From NCBI GenBank assembly GCA_004557385.1, contig SFEA01000005.1, positions 27,465 to 91,464 on the forward strand: 64,000 nucleotides of DNA. Direction: 5' to 3'. The stretch's first letter is position 1. Every line of letters starts with the position of its first letter. This DNA comes from Bacteroidales bacterium (GTDB taxonomy: Bacteria > Bacteroidota > Bacteroidia > Bacteroidales > Muribaculaceae). A program made the translations under genes and the position numbers. Of the stretch, positions 40,832 to 52,282 are shown piece after piece. The notes under the pieces were generated by a model, which was not told where the DNA came from, ran no database searches, and saw nothing but the letters and a program-made list of their open reading frames with translations.

Positions 40832-43800
40832 ATGGCTTTTAGAAAAGATAATAAGATTAAGAACACTTTTTCAAAGATTTCAATTAGTTTGGCTTCGCCC
40901 GATTCTATTCTTGAAAATTCTTATGGAGAAGTACTCAAGCCAGAAACTATCAACTACCGTACCTATAAGCCTGAGCGCGACGGTTTGTTCTGCGAACGCA
41001 TTTTCGGTCCTGTAAAGGACTACGAATGCCATTGCGGAAAGTATAAGAGAATCCGTTACAAGGGCATCGTGTGCGACCGTTGCGGTGTGGAAGTTACCGA
41101 AAAGAAGGTTCGCCGCGAACGTTCGGGCCACATCCAGCTTGTTGTGCCTGTTGCTCACATCTGGTATTTCCGTTCGCTGCCTAACAAAATCGGGTATCTG
41201 CTTGGCTTACCTTCGAAGAAGCTCGATTCGGTTATCTACTACGAACGCTATATCATTCTCAACCCGGGTCCAACAGCCACCGAAGGCTTCTTTGCCAACG
41301 ACGAATCGAAAGTGTATGAGAAACTCGACCTCTTGAGCGAGGACGAATATCTCGACATCCTCGACCGTCTGCCAAAGGACAACCATCTGTTGCCCGACGA
41401 CGACCCTAACAAGTTCGTTGCCAAGATGGGTGCCGAAGCCATCTACGATTTGCTTTGCGGTCTCGACCTTGACAAGTTGTCGTACGAATTGCGCGACACT
41501 GCCGGTAAGGAAGGTTCGCAACAACGCAAAACCGAGGCTTTGAAGCGTCTGCAAGTGGTGGAATCGTTCCGCGCTTCGCGCAAGATTAACCGCCCAGAAT
41601 GGATGATTCTGCAGGTTATTCCTGTAATTCCGCCCGAATTGCGTCCTTTGGTGCCACTCGATGGCGGACGTTTTGCCACCAGCGACCTTAACGACCTCTA
41701 TCGTCGTGTGATTATCCGCAACAACCGTCTGAAACGACTCATCGAAATCAAGGCTCCTGAAGTGATTTTGCGCAACGAAAAGCGTATGCTTCAAGAAGCT
41801 GTCGACTCGCTGCTTGACAACTCACGCAAGAGCTCGGCAGTGAAGAGCGACGTTAACCGTCCGTTGAAGTCGCTTTCTGATAGCCTCAAGGGTAAGCAAG
41901 GTCGTTTCCGTCAGAACTTGCTCGGTAAGCGTGTTGACTACTCGGCTCGTTCGGTAATCGTTGTAGGTCCGGAACTTAAGATGCACGAATGCGGTATCCC
42001 TAAACTGATGGCCGCTGAACTATACAAGCCATTCATCATTCGCAAGCTTATTGAACGCGGCATTGTGAAGACAGTGAAGAGCGCTAAGAAGATTGTCGAC
42101 CGCAAGGAACCTGTGGTATGGGACATCCTTGAATATGTTATGAAAGGTCACCCAGTGCTGCTCAACCGTGCCCCGACACTTCACCGTCTGGGTATCCAGG
42201 CATTCCAACCTCGCATGATTGAAGGCAAGGCCATTCAGCTTCACCCGCTGGCATGTACGGCATTCAATGCCGACTTCGACGGCGACCAGATGGCTGTTCA
42301 CTTGCCTCTTGGCAACGAGGCTGTGCTCGAAGCTCAATTGCTCATGCTTGGCTCGCACAACATCCTCAACCCTGCCAACGGCGAACCTATCACTGTGCCT
42401 TCGCAGGACATGGTGCTCGGTCTTTACTACATCACCAAGCTCCGTCCGGGTCAAAAGGGCGAAGGCTTGAAGTTCTACGGACCGGAAGAAGCCGAAATTG
42501 CTTACAACGAAGGCAAAGTGACTTTGCAGTCGATTGTGTCGGTTGTTGTTGATGACATCGACGAAAACGGCAGACCGGTGAAGGTGCTCAAAGAAGACAC
42601 CTCGGTGGGTCGTGTGCTCTTCAACAAGCTTGTGCCAAAGGAAATCGGTTATATCAACGAAATCATATCAAAGAAATCGTTGCGTGGCATCATCAGCCGC
42701 GTAATCAAGTCGTGCGGTGTGCCTCGCAGTGCCAAGTTCCTCGACGACATAAAGAACATGGGTTACTATATGGCATTCAAGGGCGGTTTGTCGTTCAACC
42801 TCGGCGACATCATCGTGCCTGAAGAAAAGGCTGCACTGGTGGCTGAAGGCGATGCTCAGGTTGAAGAAGTTACCAACAGCTTCAATATGGGTTTCATCAC
42901 CAACAACGAACGTTACAATAGGGTTATCGACATCTGGACACACGTCAACAACGAGCTTACAAGCATCGTGATGAAGAAACTTTCGAGCGACCAACAGGGC
43001 TTCAACTCAGTGTATATGATGCTCGACTCGGGTGCTCGTGGTTCGAAGGACCAGATTCGTCAGCTCTCCGGTATGCGTGGTCTTATGGCTAAGCCTCAAA
43101 AGAGTGGTTCGGAAGGTGGTCAAACCATTGAAAACCCAATTTTGGCTAACTTTAAGGAAGGTCTGAGCGTGCTCGAGTACTTCATCTCAACTCACGGTGC
43201 TCGTAAGGGTCTTGCCGACACCGCCTTGAAGACTGCCGATGCCGGTTATCTGACTCGTCGTCTGGTTGACGTGGCACACGACGTGATTATCACCGAAGAA
43301 GACTGTGGCACTCTGCGCGGACTTGTCTGCACCGAAATCAAGAAAGACGACGAAGTGGTGGCTTCGCTTGGCGACCGCATCCTGGGCCGTGTTTCGGTTC
43401 ACGACGTGGTAGACCCAATCACTGGCGAAGTGATTGTTGCCAGCGGTGAAGAAATCACCGACGCAATTGCCAAGCGCATCAACGAAAGCCCAATCGAATC
43501 GGTTGAAATCCGTTCGGTGCTCACTTGCGAAGCCAAGAAGGGTGTTTGTGCCAAGTGCTATGGCCGCAACCTTGCCACCAACCGCATGGTTCAACGCGGC
43601 GAGGCTGTGGGCGTGATTGCCGCACAGGCTATCGGCGAGCCGGGTACTCAGCTTACCCTCCGTACATTCCACGTCGGTGGTGTGGCTCACAACGTGGCAG
43701 CCGTATCAAATATGAAGTCGAACTACGACGGTATCATCGAAATCGATGAACTCCGCACAGTTAAAGATAAGGAGAACGAAGATGTAGTAATCGGCCGTAT

Positions 43801-45142
43801 GGCAGAAATGCGCATCATCGAGCCTAACACTAAGATGGTGCTCACAAGTGGTAACATCGTTTACGGTTCGAAGTTGTTCGTAACTCCGGGTTCGGCAGTG
43901 AAGAAGGGCGACCTGATTTGCGAATGGGACCCATTCAACGCCGTAATCGTTTCGGAATACACCGGTAAGATTAACTATGTGAACTTCGTGGAAGGCGTAA
44001 CATTCCAGGAAGATTACGAAGAAGCAACAGGTAACAGCGAACAGATTATTATCGAATCGAAGGACCGCACAATGGTTCCGGAAGTTCAAATCATCGACGA
44101 AAACGGCGAAGTAATCAAGTCGTACACCTTGCCAGTGGGTGCACACCTGCTGTTCAAGCAAGGCGACGAAATCTTTGCGGGCGATGTATTTGTTAAGATT
44201 CCGCGTTCGGCAAGCGGTGGCGCTGGTGACATCACCGGTGGTCTGCCTCGTGTTACCGAGTTGTTCGAAGCACGCAACCCGTCGAACCCAGCCGTTGTCA
44301 GCGAAATCGATGGCGAGGTTACTTACGGACGCCTCAAGCGTGGTAATCGCGAAATCATCGTCACATCAAAGTTGGGCGAAGTTCGCAAATACCTCGTTCC
44401 ACTGTCGAAGCAGATTCTTGTTCAGGAAAACGACTACGTTCGTGCCGGTACAGCACTGTCGGATGGCGCAATCACACCAAACGACATCCTCAACATCATG
44501 GGTCCGACAGCCGTTCAAGATTACATCGTGAACGAAGTGCAAGGCGTTTACCGTATGCAAGGTGTTAAGATTAACGATAAGCACTTCGAGGTGATTGTTC
44601 GCCAGATGATGCGTAAGGTTAACATCATCGATCCGGGCGACACTCGCTTCCTTGAGCAACAGGTGGTTGACAAGCGCGAGTTTATGGACGAAAACGATCG
44701 CATCTGGGGCCGCAAGGTGGTTGTCGACAAGGGCGATTCTACCGAGCTCGAAAACGGTCAGATTGTAACCGCTCGCAAGCTGCGCGACGAAAACTCGGCA
44801 CTCAAGCGCCGCGACCTTCGTTTGGTTGTTGTCCGCGATGCTGTTCCTGCCACATCTGAGCAGATTCTTCAAGGTATCACTCGCGCTGCATTGCAGACTT
44901 CAAGCTTCATGTCGGCTGCATCGTTCCAGGAAACCACCAAGGTGCTCAACGAAGCTGCTATCAATGGCAAGGTTGACTATCTGGAGGGCATGAAGGAGAA
45001 CGTGATTTGCGGTCACTTGATTCCTGCCGGTACCGGTTTGCGCGACTACGACCGCCTGGTGGTTGGCAGCAAAGAAGATTTCGACCGCTTGGACGCTGAA
45101 GAAAACGAAGTTGCTGAAGCTGTCGAAGCAGAACAAGTGTAA
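40832..45142 (+). CDS. rpoC: DNA-directed RNA polymerase subunit beta-prime
   Basis: 1436 aa. Zn-finger [20 protein letters not shown] and catalytic motif [12 protein letters not shown]. Confidence 0.98.
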   Translation: MAFRKDNKIKNTFSKISISLASPDSILENSYGEVLKPETINYRTYKPERDGLFCERIFGPVKDYECHCGKYKRIRYKGIVCDRCGVEVTEKKVRRERSGHIQLVVPVAHIWYFRSLPNKIGYLLGLPSKKLDSVIYYERYIILNPGPTATEGFFANDESKVYEKLDLLSEDEYLDILDRLPKDNHLLPDDDPNKFVAKMGAEAIYDLLCGLDLDKLSYELRDTAGKEGSQQRKTEALKRLQVVESFRASRKINRPEWMILQVIPVIPPELRPLVPLDGGRFATSDLNDLYRRVIIRNNRLKRLIEIKAPEVILRNEKRMLQEAVDSLLDNSRKSSAVKSDVNRPLKSLSDSLKGKQGRFRQNLLGKRVDYSARSVIVVGPELKMHECGIPKLMAAELYKPFIIRKLIERGIVKTVKSAKKIVDRKEPVVWDILEYVMKGHPVLLNRAPTLHRLGIQAFQPRMIEGKAIQLHPLACTAFNADFDGDQMAVHLPLGNEAVLEAQLLMLGSHNILNPANGEPITVPSQDMVLGLYYITKLRPGQKGEGLKFYGPEEAEIAYNEGKVTLQSIVSVVVDDIDENGRPVKVLKEDTSVGRVLFNKLVPKEIGYINEIISKKSLRGIISRVIKSCGVPRSAKFLDDIKNMGYYMAFKGGLSFNLGDIIVPEEKAALVAEGDAQVEEVTNSFNMGFITNNERYNRVIDIWTHVNNELTSIVMKKLSSDQQGFNSVYMMLDSGARGSKDQIRQLSGMRGLMAKPQKSGSEGGQTIENPILANFKEGLSVLEYFISTHGARKGLADTALKTADAGYLTRRLVDVAHDVIITEEDCGTLRGLVCTEIKKDDEVVASLGDRILGRVSVHDVVDPITGEVIVASGEEITDAIAKRINESPIESVEIRSVLTCEAKKGVCAKCYGRNLATNRMVQRGEAVGVIAAQAIGEPGTQLTLRTFHVGGVAHNVAAVSNMKSNYDGIIEIDELRTVKDKENEDVVIGRMAEMRIIEPNTKMVLTSGNIVYGSKLFVTPGSAVKKGDLICEWDPFNAVIVSEYTGKINYVNFVEGVTFQEDYEEATGNSEQIIIESKDRTMVPEVQIIDENGEVIKSYTLPVGAHLLFKQGDEIFAGDVFVKIPRSASGGAGDITGGLPRVTELFEARNPSNPAVVSEIDGEVTYGRLKRGNREIIVTSKLGEVRKYLVPLSKQILVQENDYVRAGTALSDGAITPNDILNIMGPTAVQDYIVNEVQGVYRMQGVKINDKHFEVIVRQMMRKVNIIDPGDTRFLEQQVVDKREFMDENDRIWGRKVVVDKGDSTELENGQIVTARKLRDENSALKRRDLRLVVVRDAVPATSEQILQGITRAALQTSSFMSAASFQETTKVLNEAAINGKVDYLEGMKENVICGHLIPAGTGLRDYDRLVVGSKEDFDRLDAEENEVAEAVEAEQV

Positions 45143-45182
45143 GCGCTACATCGAGCCTTCGGGCTTGAATGAATAAATAGAA

Positions 45183-45220
45183 AAATGGCATTGCAATCGA
45201 GCAGTGCCATTTCTTTTTTT
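45183..45220 (+). terminator. Intrinsic terminator after rpoC
   Basis: aaatggca (45183-45190) pairs with tgccattt (45205-45212) and is followed by cttttttt. Confidence 0.7.
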
Positions 45221-45390
45221 CACTTTATTGGTGATGCGTTGTACTTTTCTACTATCCGTTTATATTTTTTTGACACACTGCTGTGAGCCAATTATCTATG
45301 ATGCCTATAGCTGTGATAGGAAAATCCCTTAATCATTGTTTGAGCTTTTGGAGGATAAGCCCGACTTTTGCACAGAATTTTTAATAGTAA

Positions 45391-45630
45391 ATGATTATGA
45401 ACTATCCAATGATTACGTGGTGCATTGTAGCGGCATTGCTATTGAGTGCATTTATCTTCCGAGCTGTTAAATACTATTGTAGCAAACGCAGTGGGCGTGG
45501 TTGTAACCACAAGGCAACACCATTATTTGAATTTGGCAGAGAATCTGATATGTTCTTCATACCCGGGGACGATAAAATACCCGGAATTGCCGACAACGAC
45601 GATGACAGTGATGACCAATATTATGAATAA
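45391..45630 (+). CDS. Possible small single-TM membrane protein with an acidic tail
   Basis: 79-aa ORF with an ATG start, the TM helix ITWCIVAALLLSAFIF and the tail DNDDDSDDQYYE. Its TAA (45628-45630) overlaps the thrE-like ATG (45623) as ATGAATAA. Confidence 0.35.
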   Translation: MIMNYPMITWCIVAALLLSAFIFRAVKYYCSKRSGRGCNHKATPLFEFGRESDMFFIPGDDKIPGIADNDDDSDDQYYE

Positions 45631-46405
45631 GTTGAGTGATAGCACCGTTTTGCAAGGGATAGCTGCATTCCTTGCCGAATATGCCGCTTTGCTGTTGGGA
45701 TGCGGTTCAACATGCATCCGTATAGAAAAAAACACCAAGCGCATGGCGCAGGCCTTTGGGGTAAACCTCGACATATTCATAATGCCGGCTAACGTATCGG
45801 TATCTGTGTGGAATACTGATAGAGGGAGTGCGGTGATGGCACAACGCAAGACTGCAAATTGTGGCATAAGTTTCAATCTTAACACCCGATTGAGCCAGCT
45901 AAGCTGGGAAGTGGCAGACAATAATCTGGATTTGCCGACTGCTGTTGCGCACTTTGAACGCATAAAGGCGACAAAGCCGACGGGGAAATGGGAGGTGCTG
46001 ATTCTAACGAGTCTTGCCAACTCTGCTTTTTGCAGGCTTTTCGGTGGTGACTGGTTTGCCATGCTGATAGTGCTGGTGTCGACAATGGCAGGGTATAGGC
46101 TCAAGCAAATAATGCTCGAAGATGGGTGCGACATACGCCTTACGTTTCTTTGTGCCTCATTCTTTTCGGCGTCGATTAGTGCCGGAGGGCATATTTTCAA
46201 TATTGGCTCAACTCCGGAATTGGCAATTGGCACAAGTGTTTTGTACTTGATTCCCGGAGTGCCATATATAAATTCTGTCAGTGATATGATATATCGACAT
46301 TACTTATGCGCGTTCAGCCGTTTTTTAGATGCTGCCGTGCTTACCGCCTGTCTGTCAGCCGGGCTATGTGTTGGAATGCTAATATTTGGATTAAGATGGT
46401 TTTAA
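45623..46405 (+). CDS. Threonine/serine exporter family protein (ThrE/DUF1212 part)
   Basis: From the internal ATG at 45623: MNKLSDSTVLQGIAAFLAEYAALLLGCGSTCIRIEKNTKRMAQAFG. It is paired with the downstream ThrE_2 gene. Confidence 0.75.
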   Translation: MNKLSDSTVLQGIAAFLAEYAALLLGCGSTCIRIEKNTKRMAQAFGVNLDIFIMPANVSVSVWNTDRGSAVMAQRKTANCGISFNLNTRLSQLSWEVADNNLDLPTAVAHFERIKATKPTGKWEVLILTSLANSAFCRLFGGDWFAMLIVLVSTMAGYRLKQIMLEDGCDIRLTFLCASFFSASISAGGHIFNIGSTPELAIGTSVLYLIPGVPYINSVSDMIYRHYLCAFSRFLDAAVLTACLSAGLCVGMLIFGLRWF

Positions 46406-46412
46406 AGGTATT

Positions 46413-46907
46413 ATGTGGAATGATATTTTTGTGAATATTTTTGAGGATGGTTTCTTTGCTGCGATAGCTGCAATTGGTTTTTCCAGTATAAGTAACACTC
46501 CCAGGCGAGCATATTTAACGTGCGCTTTAATTGCAGCTGTCGGACATGCCATACGTTATGTGTTGACTCTGCCGGAATTGGGTGGCGCTCACATCATCGT
46601 TGCCGGCACGGTGGCTTCATTTGCCATCGGAATGTTAGCGGTGCTGTTTACATCAAGCATAAAATGTCCGGCAGAGGTTTGTTTTTTTCCGGCGTTGTTG
46701 CCTATGATACCCGGGATGTATGCCTACCGTACTATCGAGGCGTTGTTATCATGTCTGTATTATACCCGAGAAGAAGTATTCGGTCATTATTTTTATTTGT
46801 TTGCATACAATGGCCTTACCTGTATGTTCATTATCTTGGGTATGGTAGTTGGGGCTACGATTCCGGTTTTTCTTTTAAAAAAGCTGTCATTTACAGCAAC
46901 GAGATAG
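46413..46907 (+). CDS. Threonine/serine exporter family protein (ThrE_2/DUF3815 part)
   Basis: 164 aa with 4-5 TM helices: FFAAIAAIGFSSISNTPRRAY...PMIPGMYAYRT. Confidence 0.75.
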   Translation: MWNDIFVNIFEDGFFAAIAAIGFSSISNTPRRAYLTCALIAAVGHAIRYVLTLPELGGAHIIVAGTVASFAIGMLAVLFTSSIKCPAEVCFFPALLPMIPGMYAYRTIEALLSCLYYTREEVFGHYFYLFAYNGLTCMFIILGMVVGATIPVFLLKKLSFTATR

Positions 46908-47041
46908 CCTAACTCAGGCCATTAGCGCATTATTGCATTTATATTATAGTTTTCAATAACTATATTTCTTTGATTTTCTACTAAAAAGGTGTACATTTAT
47001 ATACTAAATTTATAAGTTTCTGATTGTAATTTTGTAATCCT

Positions 47042-47941
47042 ATGGAATTAAGACAGTTAAGATATTTTGCAAAGGCTGCAGAGACTCGTAATTTTTCTCA
47101 TGCTGCCTCTTGCCTAAACATCGCACAAAGCTCGCTTTCTCAGCAGATTAAGCATTTGGAAGATGAACTTGGGACACAGCTTTTCATTCGCGATAGCCAT
47201 TCGTTACAGTTGACAGAGGCGGGAGAAGTGATTCTTCCGTATGCTCTGCGCACTATACAAGATGCTGAAGCATGTGTGGATAGGATTACTGATTTACGGA
47301 AATTGCTCACGGGCACGCTAAATATAGGGGTGACACATTCTTTTAGCCCCATTCTCACAGAATCGGTGATATCGTTTATAAAAATGTATCCGAAGATAAA
47401 GGTGAATATCGTATACAAGCAAATGAATGAGTTGATGGAGTTGCTTTCCAATCACGAACTTGATTTTGTTCTTGCGTTCAAGCCTATTCAGACCTTTCCT
47501 AATGTAGAGTCGCATATCTTGTTTCAGAACAAGCTGTCGGCTATAGTAGGGAAGAACCATCCCCTTGCTTCGAAAGAAAAAGTTTCAATATCCGAGCTTG
47601 AAAAATACGATTTGGTTCTTCCTTCAAAAGGTATGCAGGCCCGTAATGCTTTTAACAATATAGTGTCAGATTGCGATGTGTTCAAGATTCGTATTGAACT
47701 GAATGATGTAAACACTTTGTTGAAACTTGTGCGTCAAACAAACCTCGTTACCGTGTTGGCTGAAGATTCAATATACGATTTCAGTGATGTGAAGGCTGTT
47801 CCTATTGCGGTTCACGACAACCAAATGTCGGGTTGCGTTCATATACTGAAAGAAACATATCGCAAGCAATCGATGCAAGAATTTATACGTATTCTTTCTG
47901 AATCAATCGCCGTAAAGCGCTTGCAAAATAATTGGATATAG
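47042..47941 (+). CDS. LysR-family transcriptional regulator
   Basis: HTH motif MELRQLRYFAKAAETRNFSHAASCLNIAQSSLSQQIKHLEDELGTQLF plus a LysR substrate-binding domain. Confidence 0.9.
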   Translation: MELRQLRYFAKAAETRNFSHAASCLNIAQSSLSQQIKHLEDELGTQLFIRDSHSLQLTEAGEVILPYALRTIQDAEACVDRITDLRKLLTGTLNIGVTHSFSPILTESVISFIKMYPKIKVNIVYKQMNELMELLSNHELDFVLAFKPIQTFPNVESHILFQNKLSAIVGKNHPLASKEKVSISELEKYDLVLPSKGMQARNAFNNIVSDCDVFKIRIELNDVNTLLKLVRQTNLVTVLAEDSIYDFSDVKAVPIAVHDNQMSGCVHILKETYRKQSMQEFIRILSESIAVKRLQNNWI

Positions 47942-48067
47942 ATAAGGGTATTTATTGTTTCTCGTTGTTTTAATGATTCTGGTTATCTCATAACGGTTTT
48001 CTTATTTAACCTTTTTGTTGGGTGACGATGCTTTTAGTAAGAGATTCATCAATTGCTTGACGTTGCG

Positions 48068-48229
48068 GACGCAGGATGGTGGGGTGACGGATACCCGGGG
48101 TTGCGCTTCGCTTACCCCGGGCTATAAGCCTCGCCTGCGTCTCGGCCTCACATGCTTCGCATGTCATCGCAGCCACATTGGGCGTATTCGATACGCCCCT
48201 ACACCACGACACCCTTACGCCCCTGTAGG
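48068..48229. repeat. GC-rich chain of palindromic hairpins (REP-like module block)
   Basis: Nested stems gacgcagg (48068-75) / cctgcgtc (48134-41) and cccgggg (48094-100) / ccccggg (48115-21). Further stems are acatgc-ttc-gcatgt (48150-64), GGCGTAT-tcg-ATACGCC (48181-97) and cctaca/tgtagg (48198-203 / 48224-29). The GGCGTAT...ATACGCC module also occurs at 3055-3072. Confidence 0.5.
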
Positions 48230-48529
48230 AGTTTTAGACCATCACATATCGGAATATCAAAGTTTGCTTACCCAAAAGCCGGATTATTTTAGATGCTTAT
48301 GGGATAGGGGTGGTATATAAACAAAAATACGGCCGATTCACATCGCCCGTATCCTTGCATTACTAAAAAATAATGTTACTTTACTAATACTTTATATCAA
48401 TCATTGTTAGATATTGCAAAGATACAATATTTATATTAAAGTTTATGCTAATTTTTATTGAAAAGTGCGATTTAATCGGCATTTTCAATATTTTTGTATG
48501 AAGGTCGTAACATTTAAATGTTATTTTTA

Positions 48530-49810
48530 TTAATAAGCAAACATTGGATAGTTGCTCATTGTTGAATTTACCTTTTCGCGCACTGCTTTAATAACGGCTT
48601 CGCTTTCGGGATTTGAGAGCACGGTGTCAATCATTTCAACAATTTCGCCCATCAATTCTTCCTTGGCGCCGCGAGTGGTGATGGCAGGAGTGCCGAGTCG
48701 GATGCCCGAGGTTTGGAATGGCGAGCGAGAGTCGAATGGCACCATGTTTTTGTTTGCCGTGATGTCGGCTTCAACAAGTGCTTTTTCAGCCACCTTGCCG
48801 GTGAGGTCGGGGAACTTGGTGCGCAGGTCAACGAGGATGCAGTGGTTGTCGGTGCCGCCCGATGCAATCTTATATCCCTTGTCGATGAGCGCTTGAGCCA
48901 TAACTTGTGCGTTCTTTCGCACTTGTGTTTGATATTCCTTAAACGAAGGGGTGAGGGCTTCGCCGAAAGCAACAGCCTTGGCAGCGATTACGTGCTCGAG
49001 CGGACCGCCTTGTACGCCTGGGAAAACGGCAGAGTCGAGCAGCGACGACATTTTGCGAATCACGCCCTTAGGAGTGGTTTTGCCCCAAGGATTGTCGAAG
49101 TCCTTACCGAGCAAGATGATGCCGCCACGCGGGCCGCGCAGTGTCTTGTGGGTTGTTGATGTGACGATGTGGGCATATTTCAGAGGGTTGTCGAGCAGCC
49201 CGGCAGCGATGAGTCCGGCAGGGTGAGCCATGTCAATCATGAGCAGGGCGCCTACTTCGTCGGCAATGCGACGCATACGGGCGTAGTCCCATTCGCGCGA
49301 ATAGGCGCTGGCGCCGCCCACAATCAGCTTTGGATGCACGCGACGAGCTGTTTCTTCCATTTGGTCGTAGTCAACAAGCCCGGTGTCCTCTTTCACGTTG
49401 TATTCCACTTGGTTGAACACCAGTCCCGAGAAGTTTACTGGGCTGCCGTGCGACAGGTGACCGCCGTGAGCGAGGTTCAAGCCCATGAATGTGTCGCCCG
49501 GTTTCATCACAGCCATGAACACAGCCATGTTGGCTTGGGCACCAGAGTGAGGTTGCACGTTGGCATATTCGGCGCCAAAGAGTTGTTTGAGGCGTTCGAT
49601 GGCAAGCGTTTCAGCTTCGTCCACCACTTGACAGCCGCCGTAGTAGCGGTGTCCGGGGTATCCTTCGGCATATTTGTTTGTAAGGCAAGAACCCATGGCT
49701 TTCATAACCTGGTCGCTAACAAAGTTTTCAGATGCGATGAGTTCGATGCCTTTTTTTTGGCGTTGGTGTTCGCGTTCGATGATGTCGAAAATTAAAGAGT
49801 CTCGTTCCAT
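48530..49810 (-). CDS. glyA: Serine hydroxymethyltransferase
   Basis: From the ATG at 49810: [35 protein letters not shown] site [12 protein letters not shown]. The upstream extension to 49873 in the ORF track is unlikely to be real. Confidence 0.95.
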   Translation of the reverse strand: MERDSLIFDIIEREHQRQKKGIELIASENFVSDQVMKAMGSCLTNKYAEGYPGHRYYGGCQVVDEAETLAIERLKQLFGAEYANVQPHSGAQANMAVFMAVMKPGDTFMGLNLAHGGHLSHGSPVNFSGLVFNQVEYNVKEDTGLVDYDQMEETARRVHPKLIVGGASAYSREWDYARMRRIADEVGALLMIDMAHPAGLIAAGLLDNPLKYAHIVTSTTHKTLRGPRGGIILLGKDFDNPWGKTTPKGVIRKMSSLLDSAVFPGVQGGPLEHVIAAKAVAFGEALTPSFKEYQTQVRKNAQVMAQALIDKGYKIASGGTDNHCILVDLRTKFPDLTGKVAEKALVEADITANKNMVPFDSRSPFQTSGIRLGTPAITTRGAKEELMGEIVEMIDTVLSNPESEAVIKAVREKVNSTMSNYPMFAY

Positions 49811-49838
49811 GTTGGTTATATAAAGTTGAAAAATATAT

Positions 49839-50414
49839 TTATTTCTTTTTAACTGACCATCCAAAGTTACCAATTTTTTCGCCTAATTTAAAATATTCGC
49901 CGTGCGAATAGGCAATCAGGTTGGCTTTTTTGAGGTCGAATTCGCCGGTTTGCGGGTCGATGAATCGTTTGTCGGCAAGCACATTCATCACGTCGGCAAT
50001 GAACATGTCGTGAGTGCCGAGGTGAATTATTTGCTTCACGCGGCATTCGATACTCATCGGCGCCTCGTTGATGTAAGGGGCGTCAACCTTGATGCCTTTC
50101 ACCGGAGTGAGGTTCATTTCGGCGAATTTGTTGTAGTCGCGACCGGAGCGCACGCCGCACCAGTCGGTGGCACGGGCGAGGTCTTCATTGGTGAGGTTGA
50201 GCGTAAATGCCATGTTTCGCTTCACAATCTCGTAGCTGTGGCGCGACTGGCGAATGCTCACGAAGCACATTGCGGGGTCGGAGCAAATGGTGCCCACCCA
50301 CGATGCGGTGAACACGTTGTATTCGTCGGGCGTTGCGCCGCAGCTCACCATCATGGCGGGCAGGGGATAAATCATGTTGCCCGGGCGCCAGATTTCTTTG
50401 TTGTCGGTTGTCAT
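49839..50414 (-). CDS. Flavin reductase-like FMN-binding protein
   Basis: 191 aa with a Flavin_Reduct-type pattern: [10 protein letters not shown]...[23 protein letters not shown]. Its start overlaps the pyrI stop as ATGA. Confidence 0.75.
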   Translation of the reverse strand: MTTDNKEIWRPGNMIYPLPAMMVSCGATPDEYNVFTASWVGTICSDPAMCFVSIRQSRHSYEIVKRNMAFTLNLTNEDLARATDWCGVRSGRDYNKFAEMNLTPVKGIKVDAPYINEAPMSIECRVKQIIHLGTHDMFIADVMNVLADKRFIDPQTGEFDLKKANLIAYSHGEYFKLGEKIGNFGWSVKKK

Positions 50415-50875
50415 TTCAGTGTCAGTTCGTTTTGTTGCACCTTGTGTTCGCAGTAGTGGCAGCAGAGAGTCACAGGATTGCGGTCAACCACATGGAACAC
50501 AGTTGGCATGGGTTCGTTGTTTGTGATGCATTTGGGGTTGTTGCACTTCACAATGTCCACAATGGTGTCGGGTAGCGAAACGTGGTGCTTCTCGGTCACT
50601 TCATAGTTGCGAATGATGTTGATTTTGGCTTGAGGCGAGATGAGCGCGATGCGGTTGAGCGTTTCCTGAGTGAAATAGGTGTCGGCAACTTTAATGATGC
50701 CTTTCTTGCCCATTTTTTTGCTGTCGAGGTTCACGCCGATTGTAACGCTTGTTTTAATGGCTTTGATGTCGAGCAAGTCGGCAACTTTAAACAGCACTTC
50801 GGGGTTTATTCGATCGATAACCGTGCCGTTTTTCAGCGCTGCAACGGCGAGCGAGTCGTTATTTATCTTAGTCAT
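50411..50875 (-). CDS. pyrI: Aspartate carbamoyltransferase regulatory subunit
   Basis: 154 aa with the Zn cluster CNNPKCITN ... CCHYCEH. Confidence 0.9.
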   Translation of the reverse strand: MTKINNDSLAVAALKNGTVIDRINPEVLFKVADLLDIKAIKTSVTIGVNLDSKKMGKKGIIKVADTYFTQETLNRIALISPQAKINIIRNYEVTEKHHVSLPDTIVDIVKCNNPKCITNNEPMPTVFHVVDRNPVTLCCHYCEHKVQQNELTLK

Positions 50876-50920
50876 GATATGCTTAGTTATTATGATGTTG
50901 GGTGAGATGTGTTAGGTTGA

Positions 50921-51835
50921 TTAGCAGTCGATGCCGAGCGAGCGGCAGATGATGGCTTGTCGGGCATACAGACCGTTTTGCGCCTGTTGGAAATAGTAAG
51001 CTTTTGGGTTGCTGTCGACGTCGTAGCTGATTTCGTTGACGCGAGGCAGCGGGTGCAGCACGCGCAGGTTAGGCTTGCTGCCGTCGAGCATGGCGTTGTG
51101 CAGGTTGTAGAGGTTCTTCACGCGCTCATATTCGAGCAGGTCGGTGAATCGTTCGCGTTGCACGCGCGTCATATACAATATGTCGGTTTCGTTAATCACC
51201 TCTTGCGAGAAATCCTTGTATTCGTGATATTCAATGCCGTTGGCTTGGCAGAACTCTTTGTATTCGATGGGCATTTGCAGCTCGTTGCACGCCACAAAGT
51301 TGAAGCGGGGGTTGAAATAACGCATAGCCATGAGCAGCGAGTGCACGGTGCGACCGTATTTCAGGTCGCCCACCATGGTTATGGTGAGGTTGTTGAGAGT
51401 GCCTTGGGTTTTGCGAATGGAGTAGAGGTCGAGCATCGTTTGGCTTGGGTGCTGGTTGGCACCGTCGCCGGCATTGATGATGGGCACAGGCGCGAACTCG
51501 CTTGCATAGCGTGCAGCGCCTTCGATGTGGTGACGCATCACAATCAGGTCGGCATAGTTGCTCACCATCATGATGGTGTCCTTGAGCGTTTCACCTTTGC
51601 TGCTGCTGGTGGTGTTGGCGTCGGAGAAGCCGATGACGCGTCCGCCAAGGCGGTTGACAGCGGTTTCAAAACTCAGTCGGGTGCGGGTCGACGGTTCGAA
51701 AAACAGCGTCGCTACCACTTTCCCGGCGAGGATGTTGCGATTAGGGTTCGCTTCGAAATGGCTTGCTTTCTCAATCAGTTCAAGGATTTCGTCCTTGGTG
51801 AGGTCGTTGATTGAAACCAGACTTTTGTTGCTCAT
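50921..51835 (-). CDS. pyrB: Aspartate carbamoyltransferase catalytic subunit
   Basis: [17 protein letters not shown] and HPLPRV. Confidence 0.95.
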   Translation of the reverse strand: MSNKSLVSINDLTKDEILELIEKASHFEANPNRNILAGKVVATLFFEPSTRTRLSFETAVNRLGGRVIGFSDANTTSSSKGETLKDTIMMVSNYADLIVMRHHIEGAARYASEFAPVPIINAGDGANQHPSQTMLDLYSIRKTQGTLNNLTITMVGDLKYGRTVHSLLMAMRYFNPRFNFVACNELQMPIEYKEFCQANGIEYHEYKDFSQEVINETDILYMTRVQRERFTDLLEYERVKNLYNLHNAMLDGSKPNLRVLHPLPRVNEISYDVDSNPKAYYFQQAQNGLYARQAIICRSLGIDC

Positions 51836-51917
51836 ATTTTCTGTTGAATGTATTGGTTGTGATTATTTAATGTTTATTTCAATGGTTCTACGGAACAGAT
51901 TTCTGTGCCGAGTGATG

Positions 51918-51963
51918 AAAAAAATGAGCCAATCAAGTATCCCCAATAGGATGACTGACTGGC
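51918..51963 (-). promoter_or_regulatory. Candidate intrinsic terminator/attenuator in the pyrBI leader
   Basis: On the minus strand, gccagucag (plus-strand 51955-51963) pairs with uugauuggc (51928-51936). That gives 7 Watson-Crick and 2 G-U pairs with an 18-nt loop, followed by uca and U7 (51918-51924). Confidence 0.3.
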
Positions 51964-52080
51964 TGCAAATGCTTTAGGCGAGAGAAAACGATATCATGCA
52001 CCGACTGATGCCATTCGTTACGAAATGAATTGTAAGTCGGCTGCAACACGGCATTATGTGAAAATGCACATATCATATTG

Positions 52081-52088
52081 CAAAGATA
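52081..52088 (-). promoter_or_regulatory. -7 box TAtcTTTG (minus strand) about 245 nt upstream of pyrB
   Basis: The plus-strand sequence is caaagata, which is the reverse complement of TATCTTTG. Confidence 0.3.
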
Positions 52089-52282
52089 AAGAATTTTTTT
52101 GCCTTTTGTTGTGTAGGTGTGTCAAAAAAATGCAAGATAATTCGCAGATGAAATTTTTAATGCGGCATGATGGATAAGTGATGCTCATTTTTATTATATT
52201 TGCATTTTATTAGGTAAATTGCCGCAGTGCGGCGCACTGACAACGCAATATTTAACTATAGGATAACGACAAAACAATAATC

